From positions 1 to 59,292 of the IMG/VR virus record IMGVR_UViG_3300030708_002074: 59,292 nucleotides of DNA. One strand, written 5' to 3'. Shown here piece after piece: positions 30,201 through 39,212 of this stretch (the first letter of the stretch is position 1; every line of letters begins with the position of its first letter). The notes beneath the pieces were generated by a model. It had not been told where the DNA came from and ran no database searches. It saw only the letters and a list, made by a program, of their open reading frames with translations. The DNA is from a virus (taxonomy: Duplodnaviria > Caudoviricetes). The position numbers and the translations under genes were made by a program.

Positions 30201-33200
30201 ATTAGCCGCTAGGCAATTACAGGTTGAGTATGCCCAAGAAATTTTGTTTTACCAACTTAAGCTCCAGTTGGCGGACCCTAAAATTTCTGATGTGGAAGAA
30301 AACGGGGCCATCGTGATTAAGGAAGAGCAGATAGAAAAAGCCATCAATATCTTTCTTAAGAATGTAAACCCGACTGCGGGAGCAAACCCTAAAGCTAAAA
30401 AAGGAAGTGACTACAGAGGGTTGAAGTATGACGCTAAAGGAAGAGTTACTAAAGCGAGTAAGATAGAGTTTGCTTACTACATCCTTAATTCCCAGATTGA
30501 TACTAGGGTTGAGAAGGTTGAAAAAGGAGACAACTATCAAAAAGTATTCAAGCGATACTTTGAAGATCGCATCCTTCTGCGGGATGGAGTCAGCGAAAGA
30601 GATCGTATGCCTTCATTCGCTGATGTCGGGCAGAAAATCACTGACCGAATTCTTAAACAGCAAAGATTAAGAGGGTCTGCGGAAAAAGAAAGCCCCTTTA
30701 ATTCTGAGAGAGCTACAACGCCTGACGAGGTTGACGCTCTCAATTTGGAAATGGATCATTTTGTTGAAATGAGAATGGGCGTGGGGGAGATCGACGCTTT
30801 GTTAGAGGGTGTCCAAATGGATGTGGTTGATATTATCAACCAAGATCCTGCGCTAGAACAGCAACTCGATGCTCTTCTGAAAGAGGGGCCATTTGCACTG
30901 AGCACTACTGATTTCTACCTCAGATTAAATGTTGAAGAGAAATGGTCAGAACTTGTTGCGTTCAGCAGACAAGGCAACATGGAAGGTAATTCAGCTCCTA
31001 TCGCGTTCTTGCAAAACATACGTAAGCTTAATTCCCCAGCGGCAGTTAAACTGCACAGGGCATTGCGTCTTTTCAATATTGGTAATTTAGAGTTTGGGAA
31101 CAAAAACCCATTTATTCTTGAAGAGCAATTTAGGGCGTTTGATTCTGAACAGATCTTAAAAGACGAAATAGCTGCTTTGGAGGGAGAGGAAATAGACGGG
31201 GTAGTAAGAAGCAGGGACGAGCTTCTCAGGTTTGCTGATGAGATTCTCGATGCAAAGAAGTATGTGCGCTGGCTTACCGATGAGGTAAGAGCAATAGAAA
31301 CCCAAAAAGGCAGGGTTATTGATGACTTCAAGGCTAGGGCCAAAGCGTCTAGTCTGCACAAAATCATCAAAGCCTACAGTTCACACAAGAGTTTCTACTC
31401 TGGTTCAGCTGTTGAGAACGCAATAGACCGCGCTGTTGCAATAGATCGTAATAGAAAAGTGGCTATTCTTCTTGGTCTAAAAGAAGGTAGGAACGACACA
31501 GAAAGAATTCTAAATGCCCTTAAGAAAATTGCTGTAGATGATTCACTAAGCGAATCACAACAAAATGCGGCAAGGATTCTTTTGATGAAGCCAACATATG
31601 TTGAATTTATACTTGATCAAGGTGGTGGGTCATATGCGGGTAGAACCAGAATAAAAGACGATGGCCGTATTGAAGTAGTCTTAGACATAGCAGGATACAA
31701 CGGGCGTGGTCTTGTTGATGTGCTTTTGCATGAATACTTCCACGCTTCACTGTTGGATTCATTCTCTATCGACATTAACTCGACATCGAAACCACAAAGG
31801 GATGCACGCTTTGCAATAAGCCAGAAAATTCGTGAAGTCCGCGACAAGGTTGGATCTAATGTGACAACCGAACTCACAGATGGGCTTAAGAATATTCAGG
31901 AGTTCGTGTCAAATATGATGACCAACACGAAGTTCCAATCTTACTTCAGGGGTCAGGTGGGCACCCCAGAATTTAAGAAGGTTGTTCAAAATCTGTTTAA
32001 GGTGCTCGACCCGCAGAGAAGTAACTTGAGCAAGGAATTCAAGGATGCCTTTTACGATGTTGTCGATTTGCAGGGATACGAAGAGTCCACACCCATCACT
32101 CTGTCCGGTCTAAGGCAGGAGGCCGTAAACGCAGCCGTTGCTGACATAGAAGAGTCAGACGCATTCAATGCTTCTTTCAATGCCGTCACAGGAAAAGAAG
32201 GGGACATCGATACAGATACCGCTAGTCCTTTGGAGCTGGAGGACATCGCGGTAAGAGCAGCAGAACTAAAACAACTTGCTGGCATCAAGATACCTTCCGA
32301 GATCAATGTTGCATTCAGCACGCTGACTGGTGGTCGCGTAGCTAATTTTGATCCTGCTACTAACACGATTACTTTCGACGCTAATAACGCTGCGATTGGA
32401 ACATTGAACAGGGGCATGGATTCATTGCGAGCTGCCCAGATGGTGTCGAAGATACTACGCCATGAGCTTGCACACAAATCAGCTAAGTCTGCTCTGACTC
32501 CTGAAATGATTCAGCGTGTGATAGATGGTTCTTCGCTGCAAGACTTTAAGAATGACATAGACAACTACTATGGGAAGGGAACTCCAGAAGCAGAAGCTGC
32601 TCTTGCCAGATTAAATGATCCGTCAAAGGCAGCGCGTGAGAAGGAAGTCCTAGTCCAAGAGAGGCTGGCCGATCATGTTGAGCGTGCGATTGGTGGGTTC
32701 AGTTCACAACAATATGAAGCTTTCTTGATGTCAAACCCATCGCTGCTGGAAGTGGTATCATTCTACTTCAAGTCTTTTATCAATAAGTTCATAAGAGCTT
32801 TGGGAGGTGGTGTAGGCCAGCTAACAGCAGATGAAAGAATCGCAGTAAACAGGATGCTTGTTGAGCTGCGCGGGATTGAGCTGGGCTACCGTGCGCCAAG
32901 TCCCGTGTTCAATCCTGATGCAACTCCTCAAGAATCACTCAACCGTTTCTTGGTTGTTGCCACTGGCGTAGACGCGCCAGAGTTTATTGAAGATCAAGGA
33001 GCAACCAACCTACTCCCACAAGTGGGTGCTGATTCACAGATAGATCAACCACGGGCGACCGCATCTACAATGGCCACGCCAAGGGAGCTAGATGGAGTTG
33101 ATCAAGAATACATTAACCTTCTAGCCACGGCGAATGTTTCTCCTGCTAATCTACAGAAAGCCCAAGACTTGTTTGAGACACAAGCGGCAAGAATAACTTT

Positions 33201-36200
33201 GGATTCATTCCAGCAACTTGCCCACAGCGTGTTTGTTAAGCAGCTTGGTGACGGCTCTATCCTGAAAGGACAAAATGAGTTTAACAAAAAGAAAGATGAG
33301 TTCGCAAAGCTTGATCCAACCTTAGAAGTTAAGGATGAGGAGACAGGAGAGACCCGAACAATCCCAAATGAAAAGTATCAAGAGCTAAAGGAATTCTTTG
33401 AACAGAAAGAACAACTGGCTCAGAAGATGTTTGATTCGTGGAAGGTTGCAGCCAAGATCGATCAGCCTGTTGCCACAAGAGATCGCAGCACCGAGCCTTT
33501 ACCCCTAAGTGAAAGATTCAATTTCGACTTAAACACTTCCGAGGGTAGTCCACCGATCCCTGACACTGATGCACTGCTCAAGATGCTGGGCAAAGATCTG
33601 GGACTCAAGTCGCAAGACCCAAGTCTCGATGACGATGGACGTTTGTATTCCAGTTTCAGAGCAAAAAGCAGGTCTGCTAAAGACTCTGAGTTTGACGCAT
33701 TCGATTTCAACTACACAGAATTATTCGACCAGTTCAACCTACCCGTGTTAGAGGTAGGGGATGTCGAGGTGTATGGGAAAGGCTTTATCAATAAGATAAA
33801 GAAGTTCGTTAACACTCATTCAATCGGATTGTTGCAGCCTGAAGTTCATCACTGGTTGAAGCACCGGCAGGGAATGACAAAGGGATTGAGTCAGGAGCTT
33901 ATGCTGATTCGTTCAAAACTAAAAAGCCTCACGGATAAAGTTTATCCTGATGGTGTCCCTGTTGATGAGAACGGTGTGTCACTTGTGCAGAAAGCTAGTG
34001 GTTCTACAGAAGGTGTGTTCATCTCAGATGAAGCACGGAAAAGAATTGATGACCAATACGAAGCCGACATGGTTGCGGCATGGACAGAATCACATCAAGC
34101 ATCGCTCGATGGCACCGAACCCGCCACTAAGATCAAGGCTGATTTTGATGCAGCTTTGGAAGCCGCGAAAGCTAACCAAGAACTAGAGACACAAATAGAA
34201 CTTGGTAGGAGGAGAGATCAGTTGAAAGCTGAGAGGAATGAGGCGATCCAAAGAATCGCTCAAGACTCTAAAGAACTTTCTAACGCAATAGAAAAGCTAG
34301 GTGAGTTCCGCAACAAGATGTCAGAGAAGTTGCAGGAGATTCACAAAGAGTCAGGGAAGTATGATCTTAAGATAGATCAGAACAATGACATTTACCTGAC
34401 CCGTGCATACAGGATGTTCCTAGACGTTGGCTATGCCGATGCAGTCAGGAACAGTCCTGAGTATAAGAAGGAAAGAGATGCCGCCATTGCTTACTTTGAG
34501 GGCGTTCACTTGGAGATTGAGAAGAAGATCATGATGCAGAACAACCCGCAGATGACACCGACAGAAGTCGAGAGTGCCATCAGGGATGACATGCAACGGA
34601 GACAAATCGGTAAGCGTGCGCTTGAAGCATTCATCTCTACTTACGATAGAGGGTCGAACGTGAATTACTTTGGTGCGGAGGAACAGATCAAAGCTTTGGT
34701 GGACAACCTGAAGGCTAAGAAGAATATTCCTAAAGAGCTTAGGGATATCCTTGGAGAGTTGAAGGACACTAACCTACCCGACAACTTGCTGAGAACTATA
34801 ATGGTTGTTGGCAACATGGCAGCTAATCAATCTTTCTTGAACGCTGTCGCAAAGGCGGGGCTGAAGACGGAGGATAATCCAGACGGCTGGCTCTTTACTG
34901 AAGAGCAGATTGCTGGTGTGGACAACCCATCTGACTATGCAAAACTTGTAGAAGGATCAGAGTTCAATTCTGATTTCAGTCCACTCGCAGGGCTATACGC
35001 AAAAGTAAATACAGCGAACGCATTCCGTGAGACATTCAAAAGGCACGGGACTATTGTAGCCAACCCATCGGAGCAGCTATTTGAAAATGGCTTTAAGTAT
35101 TTTAGGTGGCTGACTGGATTGTCTATGGGTCTCAAGACTATGGGTTCAATACCATTCTACTACCGGAACGCCATCGGTAACGTGTTGTTCTTTGGCCCGA
35201 TGCAGGTTGGCTACATAAATATCTTTAACGTGAAGAGCGTGGGAGACCTTGTGAATGCGGGACTCCATAAAGACTTTGCAGTAAACTTCCTTAAGGAGTC
35301 GAAGAGAAACTTCCTTGGGGACAAGGCAAAGCTAGACGAATACATTGCTAAACTTCGCGTGCTACGTTTGGTCGGTGATGAATCGCACACGAATACTTTC
35401 AAGCAGTTGATGACTGGTGAAAGGGATATTGATTCTACCCTTGAAGATTTCGAGTCCATCATCCAAGGGAAGGAAGGTGACCTTAGCTTAGAAGGTAAAG
35501 TCTCAAAGGCGATAGGCGCAACAAGCAGGGCGGTGAGTCGGAGAGGGAAGATAGTCGGAACAGACTTGGCACCGAGGATGGCTGCTGCAATGGACTCCTT
35601 CTACAAGATGTCCATGTTTGAGTTTGAACTTAAACACTTAAAGGCTGCTCAAGAACATGACAGGAAGATGAATCCTGATTCGACACTGGCAAAGCAGAGT
35701 GATGATCAACTCCAGAAAGATGCAGCGCAGAAGGTTCTCAGGACAATGCAGTCCTATTCTCAAGCACCTCCGATAGCGAGAGCGGCAAGCCGATCCGTTG
35801 CCGGTGCGCTGTATGCTCCGTTCATCAGGTTCCAAGCTGATGTGATTAGGGTAATGGTAAACACTCCTAAGATAGCATTGGAGGAAATAAACTCTGGCAA
35901 CCCCATTCTCAAAAAGAGAGGCGTGCAAAGGTTTTCTGGTTTCGTGCAAACGGCAGGGTTAGCTTCTTTAGGTTTGCCACTGTTACTTAGAGCTATCTTT
36001 GGAATAAGTGACGATGAAGATGAAGCATTGAAAGCAGCGGGGCCTGCATGGGCACGCTACAATAATCCTCTGTATTACAAGGACGATAATGGGAAGTTGC
36101 AGATGCTTAACTTCACATACACTAATCCGTTTTCACCAGTTACAGATAGCATAGCAGCTACGGCGGGTGCAGTCTTCAATCCTGATGCAACACCAGAGAG

Positions 36201-36954
36201 TGCAGCCACTACGCTCTTTAACTCTTTTCTTGTTAAGAACTTTTTGAGCGATCAGATCTTTGCGGGGGCTGCCGCTGAAGCAATTAGTGGGGAGGACATG
36301 CAAACTGGTGAGCGCGTCTTTATTGATGGCATCGACAAAGGTTTCGATAAGCACATCAAACAACTAGCTCACATTGGGAAAGAAGCGTTCGCACCAAGGA
36401 CACTTCAAAATGTAGTCAAAGCTATTAGGAATTCTGACGGTGACTTCACAGAGTATCATGACTCTCCAATGGGGCTTGTCTTAAATGAGGTCAACCCAAT
36501 CAGGGCTGCGTTTAGACCGATACCCGTCAATCCTTCAGATAAGTTCAGATCGTTTTTGTTCAAAACAGAACAACGTAGGAAACAAATCCGAGAGAAGTTC
36601 AGGCCGCTATACAAGGATGACCCACTATCGCCGGAAGATATATTTGGTATATACGATGAGGTCTACAAAGACATGGAGTCCTTGAACAAGGAGGTCATGA
36701 ACAAGTTCCAAGCCTTTGAGAAGATAGGAATACCCAAGGGTAAACTCTATGCGATGGCCCGTGGTTCAGGCGGTGGACCTAAGCTGGGCAAGCGGCGATC
36801 TCAACTGCTCCTGCTTGGCTACATGGAACGTCCTGTGCTGGAGGCTAACAAAGTGCGGATCATGCTCAGTGAAAGTCCAGAGATGCAGGAGCGTGTAAGA
36901 GTTTTTGCAGAAGCAGTTAAGAGATACCCTCGCTTTAGCAAGGTTCAGGATTGA
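24226..36954 (+). CDS. Giant (4242 aa) internal virion / polyvalent protein with two zincin-like HExxH domains
   Basis: Single ORF; no Cys seen; LLHEYFHA...QEFV (31729) and LRHELAHK...QERLA (32461); Gly-rich hydrophobic segments near residues 680-820 and near the C-terminus. Confidence 0.75.
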   Translation: MSEEPFNPLDRLNLTGPDGPLSVNKLEVTSYDDWSSGQPSQDPIQAHLGYGDYLREEYIKNKSYNEDVEVSIQSELGEALAAKGLLTNENSDAVVSQIDAYNEPTLDQQVRDMVAHTSLEQDEWHNGNAYLERNEGVKTPEEIERLTENALASVNATRNDVLQAKLDAGEISFGRFTDAQGNSFIKAGDSAMDLPLHEALRRSKAAGGGVSLSDAIGIEQVGLLKVADGMNIPRYKMIQLGEIESLVRSEIANDDNLSIQLEAIGKRMAERDYSSFDHFEEGFRKSVGSTVRTIFEPIIGTLGGSMPSGVAREKAIDQAMLDDIDSTVMRVAKKFNKNPEDVRLAIQEVAIQNAPLKVFKDKDKLALNIRDDGYGLPFVPVAVKLDDDLFEKSLAARTDLTAATKKAIIAERDFFATNHFSNISNILANSDLSKKWLDHLNAGRAAKVSDKEILFSFTSNEDNKPYLDLPIFGDLYLKGSDITRPFSTAFSTVFALSGADWAKKHLANVAEDQNNRREIAELFGGKLGIAQDLATLIPEVTVDIGATALLTRFGGKGVATKAAAVKAPLYASMTKKGVLKALTTNAFRRGVGETTEELAEKLASQKLIRSATSKTALEALEAYNKVNLKNLTVGAIGITAANRSSGATYGSVYNSMLKSGASEEEAHDRALGTGMVAGAVTGLVTGGFSYFGRGGMEDALLSGMSYRNMKTVTERIVQKAPYAKLDGVSDAVFQQAIKDSTKAVLKGNFFGKSFVKAGAEEFAEESIDEFINTFVTDAGLEQDTPFFDHLKHSLYAGTLGGILGAGAPAVNAAARRLRPDLVGDLIQDATLEQNLINDITNRLRESNSSVTADVVRDILTRDLTPDAVRTPSQEDIDAQELAQQDDSEEVKQQAQFLLEIMRSTPEDQIQEEVDAVRKQRRSRKYRSAYAHSSFGDQMAYREDLAQPVIINEKGEVSDLAGVGLTLRTAEGIDEFDYLEMGIAVEDLPRLEKLIRANPDILAMPDSEWATYDPDSGVRDFRDLDLTKDLLSSLTETEYVQLGRLRDRNKVFYAGGDTVYETMPAEAVQQAIIKSKNVENKKPTSQIESDEFFTAYHLWEIVNEESGQQEVYSRGQYLTKKEAEKAAGFKMELGGDPSVEEFQAKSKVKRVDDDGNETIVDHPLLVKKTRGEGKEKPRTPKTVTKYELVREGAVETEEVVENIPATTFKKGNKVKFVFILGDTEFEEGVVDKDYDGDGTVDVADLDGNVFGLDPEQIITGKKQATKTKEKKSADKVIGTFDTEAQAQAAAKKAEGKTFVRKVTKSDNETVSVGDTVSQATDEGGDPVIDKVHEELLDQIQQKNKRIKVRDKDGTPRFTKDEAAKKFAELLEKEESKKQKKELTAQEKFEAILNKINKEENNGSLSPDAAEIAKGKVLGKRLRELTRKNKIEEAKKMVADAISSGKPAYIYDSSTKSLREAKINEKTGKVTFSKKSRPVFVENIAGEKVFITSSRVSGKTVFHKVGEQPADPAGAGVVFRTKENFVKFLEAGLDVTDPVKNVNWAGNVKASELEALNRIVENGLPIIGAMSADSGRTFGVDTTRRNKRPFYNKMRQLVAERIYNLFPVINVRRPVNGKAIYAKTALTAYSPWEFIKTPAGQKLAAKKVRTTSLRPTNIGGVFRAIAEAVPILELDKNNKPKAHKPVAFVDENDEGVFDNDPISMKVLLEEGYSVYFPDDFVGRLNPAFRFAKIGTRQKLVDIRGVGYTGDISSVKQRKAVVGDINVEGFRKKVKFASKFLRRGTAQDVEIDDPNKRGAKTTLRQMLMDLHDTINNAFKAETYDPKDVQVTSIEETFKFRADELKELDASLDRANKRLATGTPEEQEEAARQIETVKARRDRFYENLRVDVLAEAKKIADPEIENRIATYENLLFEQRAIQERLGLAAGEKEVAGNQTQIDANYRIIEQAVFKKEAIARSEGLGVTQDPFVAQNKLQSYLKPKRKQLPLTKGNFELAARQLQVEYAQEILFYQLKLQLADPKISDVEENGAIVIKEEQIEKAINIFLKNVNPTAGANPKAKKGSDYRGLKYDAKGRVTKASKIEFAYYILNSQIDTRVEKVEKGDNYQKVFKRYFEDRILLRDGVSERDRMPSFADVGQKITDRILKQQRLRGSAEKESPFNSERATTPDEVDALNLEMDHFVEMRMGVGEIDALLEGVQMDVVDIINQDPALEQQLDALLKEGPFALSTTDFYLRLNVEEKWSELVAFSRQGNMEGNSAPIAFLQNIRKLNSPAAVKLHRALRLFNIGNLEFGNKNPFILEEQFRAFDSEQILKDEIAALEGEEIDGVVRSRDELLRFADEILDAKKYVRWLTDEVRAIETQKGRVIDDFKARAKASSLHKIIKAYSSHKSFYSGSAVENAIDRAVAIDRNRKVAILLGLKEGRNDTERILNALKKIAVDDSLSESQQNAARILLMKPTYVEFILDQGGGSYAGRTRIKDDGRIEVVLDIAGYNGRGLVDVLLHEYFHASLLDSFSIDINSTSKPQRDARFAISQKIREVRDKVGSNVTTELTDGLKNIQEFVSNMMTNTKFQSYFRGQVGTPEFKKVVQNLFKVLDPQRSNLSKEFKDAFYDVVDLQGYEESTPITLSGLRQEAVNAAVADIEESDAFNASFNAVTGKEGDIDTDTASPLELEDIAVRAAELKQLAGIKIPSEINVAFSTLTGGRVANFDPATNTITFDANNAAIGTLNRGMDSLRAAQMVSKILRHELAHKSAKSALTPEMIQRVIDGSSLQDFKNDIDNYYGKGTPEAEAALARLNDPSKAAREKEVLVQERLADHVERAIGGFSSQQYEAFLMSNPSLLEVVSFYFKSFINKFIRALGGGVGQLTADERIAVNRMLVELRGIELGYRAPSPVFNPDATPQESLNRFLVVATGVDAPEFIEDQGATNLLPQVGADSQIDQPRATASTMATPRELDGVDQEYINLLATANVSPANLQKAQDLFETQAARITLDSFQQLAHSVFVKQLGDGSILKGQNEFNKKKDEFAKLDPTLEVKDEETGETRTIPNEKYQELKEFFEQKEQLAQKMFDSWKVAAKIDQPVATRDRSTEPLPLSERFNFDLNTSEGSPPIPDTDALLKMLGKDLGLKSQDPSLDDDGRLYSSFRAKSRSAKDSEFDAFDFNYTELFDQFNLPVLEVGDVEVYGKGFINKIKKFVNTHSIGLLQPEVHHWLKHRQGMTKGLSQELMLIRSKLKSLTDKVYPDGVPVDENGVSLVQKASGSTEGVFISDEARKRIDDQYEADMVAAWTESHQASLDGTEPATKIKADFDAALEAAKANQELETQIELGRRRDQLKAERNEAIQRIAQDSKELSNAIEKLGEFRNKMSEKLQEIHKESGKYDLKIDQNNDIYLTRAYRMFLDVGYADAVRNSPEYKKERDAAIAYFEGVHLEIEKKIMMQNNPQMTPTEVESAIRDDMQRRQIGKRALEAFISTYDRGSNVNYFGAEEQIKALVDNLKAKKNIPKELRDILGELKDTNLPDNLLRTIMVVGNMAANQSFLNAVAKAGLKTEDNPDGWLFTEEQIAGVDNPSDYAKLVEGSEFNSDFSPLAGLYAKVNTANAFRETFKRHGTIVANPSEQLFENGFKYFRWLTGLSMGLKTMGSIPFYYRNAIGNVLFFGPMQVGYINIFNVKSVGDLVNAGLHKDFAVNFLKESKRNFLGDKAKLDEYIAKLRVLRLVGDESHTNTFKQLMTGERDIDSTLEDFESIIQGKEGDLSLEGKVSKAIGATSRAVSRRGKIVGTDLAPRMAAAMDSFYKMSMFEFELKHLKAAQEHDRKMNPDSTLAKQSDDQLQKDAAQKVLRTMQSYSQAPPIARAASRSVAGALYAPFIRFQADVIRVMVNTPKIALEEINSGNPILKKRGVQRFSGFVQTAGLASLGLPLLLRAIFGISDDEDEALKAAGPAWARYNNPLYYKDDNGKLQMLNFTYTNPFSPVTDSIAATAGAVFNPDATPESAATTLFNSFLVKNFLSDQIFAGAAAEAISGEDMQTGERVFIDGIDKGFDKHIKQLAHIGKEAFAPRTLQNVVKAIRNSDGDFTEYHDSPMGLVLNEVNPIRAAFRPIPVNPSDKFRSFLFKTEQRRKQIREKFRPLYKDDPLSPEDIFGIYDEVYKDMESLNKEVMNKFQAFEKIGIPKGKLYAMARGSGGGPKLGKRRSQLLLLGYMERPVLEANKVRIMLSESPEMQERVRVFAEAVKRYPRFSKVQD

Positions 36955-37142
36955 TCCTCTGCTGCTGTGATCATGGCCATGAGCTGCTGGGAATGTTTGA
37001 TCCCCATGCAGTAGATTTTGCCTAACTCAGCGTGGAGTTGTTTCTTATTCCACTTTCGATTAGCTACATTTTTTAAGATGTATTGTTCTAACTTGGACAA
37101 CTCATCGGTGTGCCGTTTGGCTATAGCTTTGTCTATATTCAT
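36945..37142 (-). CDS. Hypothetical protein
   Basis: 65 aa, last gene of the early block; overlaps the end of the giant gene by 10 nt. Confidence 0.55.
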   Translation of the reverse strand: MNIDKAIAKRHTDELSKLEQYILKNVANRKWNKKQLHAELGKIYCMGIKHSQQLMAMITAAEDQS

Positions 37143-37600
37143 TAGTGTTTCTCCCCCAACTGCTTTCCAATATTCTTTATGCTGGCAGCGGCCAATGATT
37201 CCGCTTCGATCTTTGTGATCTCATTGTAGGCATCACCCCAAGGACCGTAGGTCTCATGCTTAAGCATGTTCTCCCTAACTTGTTTAAGGTCATACTCGTA
37301 GTAAGGGAATTGGTCAGGGTCCACACCGCCGAGGGCGAAGTAGGTAAGGGCGGGGATCAACCCACCCTTACCGTTCGCAATGTCGAGGACGATGCGGAGT
37401 TCCTTGTTCAGAAGGAACCCGTGCCCAAAGCGCACCCCTTCGATTGGCCCCTGTCCGAGACACATGGTATGCACTAGCCTCCAATCTTGAGGGTCCGCAT
37501 AAGGCGTGTAGTCCACCCACTTGCGGTCCACCAGAGCGTGCAGCGAGGACTCGAAACAATCTCCGTTACCCCCGTTTGTATATTCTACGTTAATGCTCAT
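37142..37600 (-). CDS. Hypothetical protein (Cys/His motifs, possible papain/transglutaminase-like fold)
   Basis: GDCFES...LVH...FGHGFL...VLD; coupled to its neighbours. Confidence 0.55.
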   Translation of the reverse strand: MSINVEYTNGGNGDCFESSLHALVDRKWVDYTPYADPQDWRLVHTMCLGQGPIEGVRFGHGFLLNKELRIVLDIANGKGGLIPALTYFALGGVDPDQFPYYEYDLKQVRENMLKHETYGPWGDAYNEITKIEAESLAAASIKNIGKQLGEKH

Positions 37601-37875
37601 GCCATGTAGTCCTGCATCCCTTCAATATTGAAGAGTTCGTTGTTAGTCACCTTGTGGACGGCGTTGATAAGCGGGAGGTAAGCCACAAGTTTGCCGAGCA
37701 CGGCAGACGCTTCGATGAACGTCTTGAATGATTCAATGTCATTCAAGTGCATCGTGCGGATTGACCCCACGGAGGTGAATACACAGATTGACCAGCGGCA
37801 CCGTGCGCTCTCTTCGCGCACGGCGGTGACAGTGATCGTGGTGTCCTTGTCGAGTTTGATTTGTTCTTTGTTCAT
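37597..37875 (-). CDS. Hypothetical protein
   Basis: 92 aa, overlap-coupled on both sides. Confidence 0.6.
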   Translation of the reverse strand: MNKEQIKLDKDTTITVTAVREESARCRWSICVFTSVGSIRTMHLNDIESFKTFIEASAVLGKLVAYLPLINAVHKVTNNELFNIEGMQDYMA

Positions 37876-38357
37876 TATACTGTTTCGGTAGATTTTACTT
37901 TAGCTATGTGGTCAGCGAGGATCAGCGACTCGTTCAAGTGCCTCTCGTATGCTTCAAGCGAATCCAACTTCTCAACAATCCTGTCGAACAGATCCACCAG
38001 TGTCACGGCAGACACGGTGACCTCACCCTCCAGCCGAAGCGGAGGTCGTTGGTCCTCATGCTTGTGCCAGTGGATCGAATCCATCCGGTAGGTGAACGTG
38101 CATTCCCACGGCTCATACGAATCGTCACCGCAGTAGTAAGGCGGCTTGTCATACTCCAGCGTCCACTTTCTGGTGGTGCCGAGGAAGGCGGCATGCGATT
38201 CAAATATCTTGCCGATGACCTTCCTCGCCTCGTCACGCATTTGATGGAAGGAGTAGCTTCCAGAGGTAGGGTAGTCCTTTTCAGGAAGCATCCCCTCTTT
38301 TTCGACCACGGTGCGGTAAGCCTTGGTTCGCTTGTTGTATCTTTGTGTTTTGCTCAT
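37875..38357 (-). CDS. Hypothetical early protein
   Basis: Start moved to ATG 38357 (MSKTQRY), after element B and a CAA-rich leader. Confidence 0.65.
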   Translation of the reverse strand: MSKTQRYNKRTKAYRTVVEKEGMLPEKDYPTSGSYSFHQMRDEARKVIGKIFESHAAFLGTTRKWTLEYDKPPYYCGDDSYEPWECTFTYRMDSIHWHKHEDQRPPLRLEGEVTVSAVTLVDLFDRIVEKLDSLEAYERHLNESLILADHIAKVKSTETV

Positions 38358-38392
38358 TTGCTTATTTGATTTGGTTTGTTGTTGTTTTGTTT

Positions 38393-38436
38393 GGTTGCCG
38401 CTTTTCTCAGGCAAGCGGCCAGCCGTCAACTCTTTT
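38393..38436 (-). promoter_or_regulatory. Element B copy 1 (promoter-hairpin)
   Basis: Minus strand TTGACG-17-GAAAAG; stem GCCGCTT/AAGCGGC around loop GCCTGAGAA. Confidence 0.75.
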
Positions 38437-38628
38437 CTAAAGTTTACTGACTAACTTCTGCAACTCCTCCACTTGGGCAAGTGCTTCATGGAGGACCGCA
38501 TCCTTGTCAACCTTGGGTTGATGCAACCCGATCAGCTTGTCGTGCAAGCTGTCGAGTTCCTGCTTGATGACCATCTGTGCAGACTTGCGTTGCATAGCTG
38601 GGAGATATTTCCTTACGTCGATAATCAT
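38437..38628 (-). CDS. Hypothetical helical protein
   Basis: Start moved to ATG 38628 (MIIDVRK), 4 nt after the upstream stop. Confidence 0.55.
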   Translation of the reverse strand: MIIDVRKYLPAMQRKSAQMVIKQELDSLHDKLIGLHQPKVDKDAVLHEALAQVEELQKLVSKL

Positions 38629-38632
38629 TTTT

Positions 38633-38803
38633 CTACTTAGGTGAGGTTGCCGCATCTTGTGCAGCCCACCGAGTTGACCACGCTCTCCGTGAGCCGTTGG
38701 TTGTTCGCCAGAACTTGCCATCTTCAAAGATGGAATAAGTCCCATGCCGCCACGGTTCTGTCGGACTCCATGAGAACTTAACTATTCTTCGTGTGGTAAT
38801 CAT
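38633..38803 (-). CDS. Hypothetical 56-aa Trp-rich protein (not in ORF track)
   Basis: MITTRRIVKFSWSPTEPWRHGTYSIFEDGKFWRTTNGSRRAWSTRWAAQDAATSPK fills the gap; CAA-rich leader. Confidence 0.5.
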   Translation of the reverse strand: MITTRRIVKFSWSPTEPWRHGTYSIFEDGKFWRTTNGSRRAWSTRWAAQDAATSPK

Positions 38804-38820
38804 TGTTCTGTTGGTTCGGG

Positions 38821-39180
38821 TTAGTGGAATTCAGGATTAGCGGGGTCCATGATGTGGTTAGCATACCGCTCCGCATCCTCCTCCTCCCATGCGGGAGAAC
38901 CGTAGACAGGATAATCGCGGGTCCAATACTTAAGTTGGATCACACCACGCGCAATGATCTTGTCGCAGAGTGCTTGTGCTTTCTCCTCTTCACTCGATTC
39001 AAAGCCCACATCCATCAGGCAGAAGCGTTCACCACGCTCTGTTGTAGCCTTGATGAATATCTTCTTTCCCCACACAGCGCCACGCGGGTTCGTCATGTCG
39101 GCGTGCTCATGGTGGAAGCACCGGATGTATTCATCCTCGAAAGGATATGCGTTACTGATTTTGATTTTGTTTTTGTTCAT
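38821..39180 (-). CDS. Hypothetical early protein
   Basis: Start moved to ATG 39180 (MNKNKIK), after element B. Confidence 0.65.
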   Translation of the reverse strand: MNKNKIKISNAYPFEDEYIRCFHHEHADMTNPRGAVWGKKIFIKATTERGERFCLMDVGFESSEEEKAQALCDKIIARGVIQLKYWTRDYPVYGSPAWEEEDAERYANHIMDPANPEFH

Positions 39181-39212
39181 TACCTTATTTGTTTTTAGTT
39201 TGTTGGTTTTAA

